Shown here one piece after another: positions 57,622-64,000 of a DNA stretch of 64,000 bases. The DNA is from Alphaproteobacteria bacterium. Lineage in GTDB: Bacteria > Pseudomonadota > Alphaproteobacteria > MPNO01 > UBA830. Both the position numbers and the translations under genes were made by a program. The notes under the pieces were generated by a model. The model did no database searches, was not told the DNA's origin, and saw nothing but the letters and a program-made list of their open reading frames with translations. Within the stretch, counting starts at the first letter, position 1, and each line of letters opens with the position of its first letter. The stretch is from NCBI GenBank assembly GCA_964291215.2, contig OZ219790.1:800001-864000 (forward strand), in the 5' to 3' direction.

Positions 57622-58623
57622 TCAGAGCAAACAGCAGTTGCGCTTGCGCCACAGCAGGTAGCCGAAGCTCTCGCCCGCAACCGGCAGTTCACGGAGTGTC
57701 TCCCAGAGCACCGAGGAGCGCCCCGTGGGGTTGCAGCCGGTCATCGGCGTGGTCGCCGGCACGGGCTGGGTCATCTGCCAGCGGTACTGGCTCTTCTTCA
57801 TCACCGGCATCGGATAGCGCCCGCAGAGCGCGGCGGAACCCGAGGTGCCCCAGGCGAGCCCGGCGCGGTGCAGCCGGTAGACCAGGCGCTGGGCCGCCAG
57901 CAGCGAGGCCTGCACGCCGCCGACATGGGCCGCGACATTGCCGGTCAGCGGATACATCCCGCCCTGGCAGCCGGCGCACCAGAACAGCGCATCCAGCGGC
58001 AACCCCGCGGAGGACGCGGCGCAGTCGGCGGCGCAGGCCGCCTGGGCCGGCAGGTTGGCGAACAGCGCCGCCTCGGGGTTCAACAGGAAGGTGAGCTCGT
58101 CGTCGAGCCATGTCGGGTCGAGCTCCGAGGCCCAGGCGATGTCGAGCGAGCCGCCCTCCAGGCAGCCGAGGTCGAGCAGCGCGCCGATCCAGGACAAGAG
58201 CGGATACATGTAATAGTGCGCGTGCCAGACCGAGCCTTGCGCGCCGTCGCCGCCGGAGGAGCCTGTACGGCCCCGCGCCGCCGGCAGTCCGGGATCGACG
58301 GTGAGCCCGCCGAGGTTGGGGAAGCACCAGGGGGTACGGGTCGCGTCCACCAGCCGCGCCGGCTCCCAGACCCCGAGCGCGAGCCCGATGCGGGGAATGG
58401 GCGAGCCGCAGAGGCAGACCGGCGAGGACGGGTTCGGCGTGTCCGGCGCCCCCGCCGCGCTGCCGATGGCGATCGGCCCGATCGAGATCGGGAACAGGCA
58501 CTCCCAGCACACGTCCGAGACCGGGTTGACGAACCGCCCGGTGCAGGACTGCGCCCAGGCCGCGCCGGACCAGAGCAGCACCGCGAAGGCCAGCACGGCC
58601 GGAAGGGCGAAGCGGCAACTCAT
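57622..58623 (-). CDS. traU: Pilus assembly protein TraU
   Basis: CTGRFVNPVSDVCWECLFPISIG, GVWEPARLVD, SELDPTW.DD, FWCAGCQG, KKSQYRWQ, LWRKRNCC. Confidence 0.96.
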   Translation of the reverse strand: MSCRFALPAVLAFAVLLWSGAAWAQSCTGRFVNPVSDVCWECLFPISIGPIAIGSAAGAPDTPNPSSPVCLCGSPIPRIGLALGVWEPARLVDATRTPWCFPNLGGLTVDPGLPAARGRTGSSGGDGAQGSVWHAHYYMYPLLSWIGALLDLGCLEGGSLDIAWASELDPTWLDDELTFLLNPEAALFANLPAQAACAADCAASSAGLPLDALFWCAGCQGGMYPLTGNVAAHVGGVQASLLAAQRLVYRLHRAGLAWGTSGSAALCGRYPMPVMKKSQYRWQMTQPVPATTPMTGCNPTGRSSVLWETLRELPVAGESFGYLLWRKRNCCLL

Positions 58624-59012
58624 TCCGGCGCCCCCGAACCCGGCCGCCGCGCCGACAGCATGTTGACCGTGCCCTGTCTGCCGGCGACGACGATTTCGGT
58701 CACCGTCCGGGCCACGTCCTCCCGGTCGCGCCAGGCGCGCGTCGCGATGCGACCCCCGGATCGAGTCCGGGGCAGGCTCTCGACCATCACCCGGTCGCCC
58801 TTCCTCAGCATCGTCTCCACCGCCGCGACCGCGGGGCCGTAAACGACAATCCGGCGCCACTCGGTGGCCTCGGCGGGTTTGCCCTCCCGGTCCTTCCATT
58901 TCTCCGTGGTGGCGAGCGTGAAGCTGGCGGCCTTCTCGCCGTTCGCAAGAGTGCGGACCTCCAGATCGCGGCCGGCATGGCCCACCAGGGTCGCCCGGTT
59001 CATGTTCAGCAT
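58620..59012 (-). CDS. ssb: Second SSB-family protein (no acidic tail; 8-aa palindrome insert)
   Basis: MNRATLVGHAGRD.EVR, FTLATTEKW, TEWRRIV, KGDRVMVE[SLPRTRSG]GRIATRAW. Confidence 0.88.
   Translation of the reverse strand: MLNMNRATLVGHAGRDLEVRTLANGEKAASFTLATTEKWKDREGKPAEATEWRRIVVYGPAVAAVETMLRKGDRVMVESLPRTRSGGRIATRAWRDREDVARTVTEIVVAGRQGTVNMLSARRPGSGAPE
58755..58778 (-). repeat. Single 24-bp palindromic unit inserted in frame in the second ssb
   Basis: Minus strand AGCCTGCCCCGGACTCGATCCGGG, one mismatch to the unit at 21605-21628. Confidence 0.92.
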
Positions 59013-59016
59013 GGTT

Positions 59017-59712
59017 TCAGTCCTTCTGTCGGGGGTTTGTCCCGGCCTCCGGGCCTGGATCGTCCCGGCTCTCGACCGGGATTTCGGTAATGCGCAGCCG
59101 CGTTCCTGCCTGCTCGACCAGGCTCGGCGTGAACCGGAGGCCGAACCGCGCGGCGAGCCGCCCGCCCCGGTCGAAGAAGAAGGGCCGGCCGTGCCGCCGC
59201 ATGAGGTCGAGCGGCCGCCCGGCGAGCAGCACGACCTTCGCGGATCGCCCGCTTTCGTCTTCATGTGCGAGCGCCCAGGCGATCTCGGCCTCGCGCCTGC
59301 CGTCGACGAACAGCAGGTCGCGGGCGATCCCGAACCGCTCCAGCGGGTTGACCCGCGTGCCGGCGGCGGCGATGAGAGCGCCGCCCGGCGTGCTTATGTC
59401 GCGCGCGACCGTGATGGCCGGATCGAACAGCCGGCTGCGTTCTTCCAGTGCCGGTGCGATACCCGGGAGCGGATCGGGTTCCTCCAGCTTCCGCCGGGCA
59501 TTGGCGCGGGCTTCGTCTTCCAGGCGCGCCAGGGCCCCCGATCGCTGCATTTCCAGCAATCGCACCTCGATCTCCACCAGCAGGTCGGGCTCGGCCACCG
59601 GCCAGGTCGCGCCGCGCACGCCGAGATCCTTCGCGGATGCGGGGAAGGGGACGCCGGCGGCTGGCAGGACGGCCAGTGCCGCGGCGAGCAGCAGGGCGGC
59701 AGGGCGCATCAT
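59017..59712 (-). CDS. traW: Pilus assembly protein TraW
   Basis: Signal peptide; DLGVRGATWPVAEPDLL, FDPAITV.RDI, GTRVNPL, FFFDRGG.L..RFG...TPS.V. Confidence 0.93.
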   Translation of the reverse strand: MMRPAALLLAAALAVLPAAGVPFPASAKDLGVRGATWPVAEPDLLVEIEVRLLEMQRSGALARLEDEARANARRKLEEPDPLPGIAPALEERSRLFDPAITVARDISTPGGALIAAAGTRVNPLERFGIARDLLFVDGRREAEIAWALAHEDESGRSAKVVLLAGRPLDLMRRHGRPFFFDRGGRLAARFGLRFTPSLVEQAGTRLRITEIPVESRDDPGPEAGTNPRQKD

Positions 59713-60323
59713 CGCGGCATCACCGCTGTCGGCGCCGCCGCGGCGTCGTCCAACGGGTGCGGCAGGATCGGCGCATGCCCGTTCTCGCCGGTCTCTTCCG
59801 GCCCAATCAGCGGTCCGTTCAGGCCCAGCCAGGGCAGGTCCGGCAGCGCCAGGGCGCGGCCGAGGATGCGCGAGCGGGGCACGAGCCCGATCTCCGCATA
59901 GCGGCTGTCGTGGCTGTCGACATGATCGGCGTGCAGGTAGTAATGCCCCGGCGGGACGATCCCGGGCGCGATGGCCCGGAGCGGCCGCCCGTCCAGCGCA
60001 TGCGGCTTGGCGCGGCCGGCGGGCCCGCCGTCGAGCGTGACCGTGCCGTCCGCCCCGACCTCGATGCGCATGCCCGGCACGCCGCGCACGGTCTTGAGAT
60101 ACGGTATCGGCGCGTTCACGGACAGGTCGAACAGCACCCGGTCGCCGACCGCGGGGTCCGCGCCGAACAGCGGGAAGGCGGCGTAGCCCCAGGCTTCGTC
60201 CGACCAGCTCGCATTGACATGCACGCGCGAGGCCGCGAGCAGCCACATGCCGGCCAGCGCCGCCAGCACGGTCAGGCCGATCCGGGCCCGGCGCGTATCG
60301 CGCGATGCCTCCCGCGCGATCAT
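59709..60323 (-). CDS. S26-family conjugative signal peptidase (TrhF-like)
   Basis: N-terminal TM, VNASWS, YLKTVRGVPG, G.VPPGHYY...DSHDSRYAEIGLV...I.GRA. Confidence 0.88.
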   Translation of the reverse strand: MIAREASRDTRRARIGLTVLAALAGMWLLAASRVHVNASWSDEAWGYAAFPLFGADPAVGDRVLFDLSVNAPIPYLKTVRGVPGMRIEVGADGTVTLDGGPAGRAKPHALDGRPLRAIAPGIVPPGHYYLHADHVDSHDSRYAEIGLVPRSRILGRALALPDLPWLGLNGPLIGPEETGENGHAPILPHPLDDAAAAPTAVMPR

Positions 60324-60694
60324 CGCCCGGCCCCCTTGCCGGCAGCGCCCGGCGTCCCCGCCAGGACGCGGTCCAGTTCGGCCCGGACCTCGGCCGTGAG
60401 GTCGGGCGCGCCGGCGGCGACCGCCCGGGCGGGCAGCAGCACCGCGCCGTGACGGTCCGCGACCCGCCCGAGCGCCGCTTCGAGGGCGTGCGCCCAGGCG
60501 CGGGTCGCCGCCGCCGCCTCTGCCGCGCCCGCATGGCCCCGGGCGGCCCCGGCGGCGTACTCCGTTGCAAGCCCGGCGAGGCGCACGCTCGCGATGTCCG
60601 GCGCGGCGGCGAGGCGCGCGAACCCGGCCGCGACCGATGCCGCCACGCCGGCGGCCAGCAGCAGCGCCGGGGCGAGGACGCGGAGGTCGTTCAC
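60320..60694 (-). CDS. TrbI-like F-type conjugation protein
   Basis: N-terminal TM, C-terminal VLLPARAVAAGAPDLTAEV, and position between traC and traW. Confidence 0.68.
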   Translation of the reverse strand: MNDLRVLAPALLLAAGVAASVAAGFARLAAAPDIASVRLAGLATEYAAGAARGHAGAAEAAAATRAWAHALEAALGRVADRHGAVLLPARAVAAGAPDLTAEVRAELDRVLAGTPGAAGKGAGR

Positions 60695-61005
60695 GCCCCG
60701 TCCTCCGCCGCCTGCCGCGCCGTCATCGGGACATACGCCCGCGTGTCGCGGTGCCTGAACCAGGCCGTGCCGTCCTCGTCATGGAACATGTAGAGGTAGT
60801 GTCCGGCCCAGTTGCGCTCGGAGCGCCCGGCCGAGAGCACGCCCGCCAGTATGGCCGTGCGGAACACCGCCTCGGCGTCGCGCACGACCCGCAGGCCGGC
60901 GGCGGCCCGGCGCTGCCGGTCACGCCGCCAGCGCTTGCCCGCCATCGCCCCGCTGCCTCCCGTGCGCCGTTTGCGTTCCTTGTGTCTTCGCCAGGTTCGC
61001 GACAT
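60691..61005 (-). CDS. Small hypothetical protein
   Basis: AAGGAG RBS; F..AILAGVLS...AGHYLYMFH...FRHRDTRAYV looks ordered; coupled to the next gene. Confidence 0.6.
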   Translation of the reverse strand: MSRTWRRHKERKRRTGGSGAMAGKRWRRDRQRRAAAGLRVVRDAEAVFRTAILAGVLSAGRSERNWAGHYLYMFHDEDGTAWFRHRDTRAYVPMTARQAAEDGA

Positions 61006-61696
61006 CGTCCTTCTCCTTCCGATCGGTTGCGTTCAGGTCTCCGTGCCTTGCTCCCGCCCCGGTTGCCGGGCCGGGGGCGGCCCCGGGCGGCTCCGTGAGC
61101 GTGCGGTAGCGTGCAAGCCAGAGCTTCGCGGCCTTGCCCGGCTCGACCGGCCGGATGCGGCCTTTCAGGGGCGGGAACGCCGCGCCGGCGGGCGCGCCCA
61201 TGCCGGCGTCCGGCAGGTCGCGGCGCTCGGCGGCGTCGGTCATGCGGGCGACGAAGCGCAGCAGGTCCGCCTGTTCGTCCGTGAGGTCGCCATCGAGCCC
61301 CGCGGCCTCGCGCACCGCCCGGTCGATGGCGGCGCCGTCGCGCCGCGACCGCTCCGCCGCCCGGGTCGAGGCAGGCCCATGGGCCTGCGCATCGCCGAGC
61401 CAGGCGATGCGGGCGTCGGCGAGCAGCGCGTGCAGCGCGAGCCGGCGCCGGTCCTCCGCGTCCAGCCCTTCCAGTGCCCCGATCTCCTCGCTCGCCGCCA
61501 CCGCGCGCTGCGCGACGGCGTAGAACCGGCGCGTGCGCCCGCCGAAGCGGCAGGTGTTGGCCAGCACATGGGCCAGCGCCTCGATGTCGATGCCGTCTGC
61601 CGTCAGCCCCTGCGGGTCGCCCGGCCAGGCGAGCGTTCGCCCGGCATGGGCCGCGGCTTCGACGCCGCGCGTTCGTCCGTTTCCCGATGCGCTCAT
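60920..61696 (-). CDS. HD-superfamily (YfbR-like) protein with degenerate metal site
   Basis: IDIEALAHVLANTCRFGG....FYAVAQRAV...ALLADARIAWLGD matches the family pattern IAHALS..CRF.G....YSVAQH...LLHDA.EAY.GD. ATGA-coupled to traC. Confidence 0.75.
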   Translation of the reverse strand: MSASGNGRTRGVEAAAHAGRTLAWPGDPQGLTADGIDIEALAHVLANTCRFGGRTRRFYAVAQRAVAASEEIGALEGLDAEDRRRLALHALLADARIAWLGDAQAHGPASTRAAERSRRDGAAIDRAVREAAGLDGDLTDEQADLLRFVARMTDAAERRDLPDAGMGAPAGAAFPPLKGRIRPVEPGKAAKLWLARYRTLTEPPGAAPGPATGAGARHGDLNATDRKEKDDVANLAKTQGTQTAHGRQRGDGGQALAA

Positions 61697-64000
61697 GCGC
61701 GTCCTCCTTCGATGTCTGCCGGTTCGGTCTGCGGTGCGGCCGGGGCGTCGCCCCCGCGCTCCGCCGCCGCCGGAACGGTGGGCCGGTCCGCGCCGGCGAG
61801 GGGACCGTCCCCGGCGATGCGGTCGATCGCCTCGACCGTGGCCAGGCCCCCGGCCTTCAGCCTTTCGACCTCCGCGAACGCAGGGCCGCGCGAGGAGAAC
61901 AGCGCCACCGACCAGGGGTCGAGCACGAGGCGCGCGAGGCGCCAGCCGTCGGGGCCGTGCAGCACCAGTTCGGCCCAGCGCCCGTCGGCGGTGGTCAGGC
62001 TCTTCAGCGCCTGCTCCATGCCGGGGTCGCAGTGGATGCGCTTCTCTTGCTTGAGCAGCTCGACCGACTCGTCCTTCTGGGCGAGGAAGATCGTCCAGTC
62101 GGAGTTGTCCCAGGCGGCGCGCGCGGCGGGGTTGGCGTAGTAGTCGTTGACCGACTGGGTACCGGTCACGAGCGCGCCGCGGTATTTGCGCGCCCGGCGG
62201 GCCGCGCCTTCGAGGAAGGCGCGGCTGTCCTCGCCGGAAAGCAGGTCCCAGGCCTCGTCGATGACGATTGCCTTCGCGCGCGTGCGGGGGCCGTGATACA
62301 TGCGCTGGGTCGCGAGGAAGACCACCAGCATGAGGACCACAGCCTGGACGTCGCCGCGGCCCTTGAGTTCGGCGAGCTCGAACACGGTGAGCGCCGCATC
62401 CAGGTCCGGAACCGCGCCGCCAGCGAACAGCCGCCCCATGGCGCCGCCCGGGCGCCAGGGACCCAGGGCCGTCGCCATGTCCTTCGCGCGCCGGTCGTCC
62501 TTCGCCTCGAGATGGCGGCGCACGGTCCCGAGGTCGGCGCCGTTGCCGGCCTCGTCCCAGGCGGCCGCGATGGCTTCCGCGATCAGCGCCGCCTCGATGT
62601 CGTCGATGGAGCCCCGCCGCCGGCACATGCGTGCGATGACGCTCGCCAGCATCGCGAAGCACTCCTCGCGGTAGTCGCCGTCGCGCGCCGCCGTTCCGGC
62701 ATCGATCATGGCGAAGGGGTTGAGGCAGGCCGGGTCCTTGCCGAAGGCTATGAACGCGCCGCCGAGCGCTTCGGCCGTGTGCTGGAAGGAGCGTCCGTCG
62801 TCGATGACGACTGCCTCGCCGCCCGCGCCGACGATGCCGGTGACCAGTTCCTGCATCAGCACCGACTTGCCCGAGCCGGACTTGCCGGTGACGGCGACAT
62901 TGTAGTTGCCGGCCTCGTTGGCGAAGGGCGACCAGCAGGCCGGCTGCCCCCGCCGCCCGACCAGCAGCAGTGCCGGCGGATTGCCGGGACCGGAAGGGCC
63001 GCCGGGCACGCTGCCCCCGCCGGGCACGCTGCCCCCGCTGGGCGCGCCGCCCTGGCCGCGCCATTCGCCGTGCAGGGGCGCGAGGTTGACCGCCGAGGAG
63101 GTCAGCAGGGTCTTCATCCGGCCCATGCGTTCGAGGTCGCTGTCGAGACCGCCGGCGGACGCCATCGGCAGGCAGGCGAGCCAGGAGGGGAGCTGCACGT
63201 AGCGCTCGGCCGCGACGCGCCAGCCCTGGCCGTGATAGATGGCGCGCACCGCCTGCTCGGCCTCGTCGATGGCGTCGAGCGGCGCATGGACCGCGGCCAT
63301 GTAGCAGGCGCGCACCAGCCGCTCGCCGTCCTTCAGCCGTTCGGTCACCGCCTGCCAGTCGCGCGCCTTCTCCGGCAGGCCGGGGAGGTAGCGGGCAATC
63401 CCGGTCCCGGCCTGCTGCGTGGCCCGCGCCGCCTTGAGGAACGCCCGCTCGCCCGAAGCCTCGTCGCCGGTCATGACCGTGAGGCAGGTCAGCACCGGGC
63501 AGCCCGGCTGCAGGAACGCGCGGTGGAAGTCGCCGATCAGCGCGTTGCCGCGCCAGCCCGGCCACACCTCGGGGAAGGCGACCGCGCTCAGCACCCGCAC
63601 CGCCACGTCCGTCCCGCCGGGCGCATGGAAGACGAGCCCGGTCGGGGCCACGGTGAGGGCGCGGCCCGGCGCGGCGCACTGGAGATGAAGCGGGTCGCGC
63701 GGCGACCAGCGCCGCCGCGGGCGGTCGAGCCCGTCCCCGTCTCCGGCCAGGTCCGGCGCGGTCAGTTCCGCCGCGAGCGACAGCAGGCCGTCCGGGTCGA
63801 GCCGCCGCGCGGCGGCGCCGGCAGACGCCAGCGTCCCTTCGAGCGCCCGCCGGAAGGCGCCGAGCGCGGTCTCCGAAGCGGGCCCCGGAGGACCCGCCAG
63901 CGAGGCGCACACGAACACCCGGTAGTCCGAGAGCGTGAAGGGCGGGCCGCCCGCATGCAGCGGACGCCAGCCGGCATGGCGGAGCAGCCGCTCCCGGCGC
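61693..64000 (-). CDS. traC: VirB4-like ATPase TraC (5' end outside the window)
   Basis: LLVGRRGQ, NYNVAVTGKSGSGKSV.MQ, VIDDGRSF, LNPF, IDEAWDLL, RRARKY.G...GTQS. Confidence 0.95.
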   Translation of the reverse strand, partial: RRERLLRHAGWRPLHAGGPPFTLSDYRVFVCASLAGPPGPASETALGAFRRALEGTLASAGAAARRLDPDGLLSLAAELTAPDLAGDGDGLDRPRRRWSPRDPLHLQCAAPGRALTVAPTGLVFHAPGGTDVAVRVLSAVAFPEVWPGWRGNALIGDFHRAFLQPGCPVLTCLTVMTGDEASGERAFLKAARATQQAGTGIARYLPGLPEKARDWQAVTERLKDGERLVRACYMAAVHAPLDAIDEAEQAVRAIYHGQGWRVAAERYVQLPSWLACLPMASAGGLDSDLERMGRMKTLLTSSAVNLAPLHGEWRGQGGAPSGGSVPGGGSVPGGPSGPGNPPALLLVGRRGQPACWSPFANEAGNYNVAVTGKSGSGKSVLMQELVTGIVGAGGEAVVIDDGRSFQHTAEALGGAFIAFGKDPACLNPFAMIDAGTAARDGDYREECFAMLASVIARMCRRRGSIDDIEAALIAEAIAAAWDEAGNGADLGTVRRHLEAKDDRRAKDMATALGPWRPGGAMGRLFAGGAVPDLDAALTVFELAELKGRGDVQAVVLMLVVFLATQRMYHGPRTRAKAIVIDEAWDLLSGEDSRAFLEGAARRARKYRGALVTGTQSVNDYYANPAARAAWDNSDWTIFLAQKDESVELLKQEKRIHCDPGMEQALKSLTTADGRWAELVLHGPDGWRLARLVLDPWSVALFSSRGPAFAEVERLKAGGLATVEAIDRIAGDGPLAGADRPTVPAAAERGGDAPAAPQTEPADIEGGRA

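Noticed and set aside
1-64000. rRNA, tRNA, replication initiator, integrase or reverse transcriptase (DGR/retron)
   Set aside because: None recognised by eye, so plasmid versus ICE cannot be decided from this window.

Overview
High-GC, probably alphaproteobacterial DNA (inferred from composition and gene families) carrying most of an F-type conjugative element. It could be a plasmid or an ICE; no replicase or integrase is visible. Left to right: (1) a giant FN3/Calx-beta-like surface-protein gene (minus strand, runs off the left edge), with a G16 tract in its 5' end and split by a nested IS66-in-IS66 with an 8-bp target duplication; (2) a 21-kb block of plus-strand genes (MoxR-like AAA/unknown/VWA, ParB-like, GHKL ATPase, RadC/JAB, methylase-strawberry-notch helicase, two SLOG proteins, SSB, toprim primase, DUF4326), with long stem-loops before most operons; (3) a MOBF-type oriT (predicted nick 30736/30735, minus strand), three 17-bp boxes and an RHH gene, which makes block 2 the conjugative leading region; (4) a lower-GC defence island (HTH, SNF2 helicase-DUF3883, DUF1156 methylase, DUF499 ATPase, OLD-like nuclease, Schlafen/AlbA_2 ATPase); (5) the minus-strand tra cluster traC to traW-ssb-traU-trbC-traN-traF-traH-traG, an inverted membrane gene, traD and traI. 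The most striking unannotated signal is a short palindrome (GCCTGCCCCGGA-loop-ATCCGGG) inserted in frame at four sites in three unrelated genes. All family calls come from motif recognition by eye; no searches were run.
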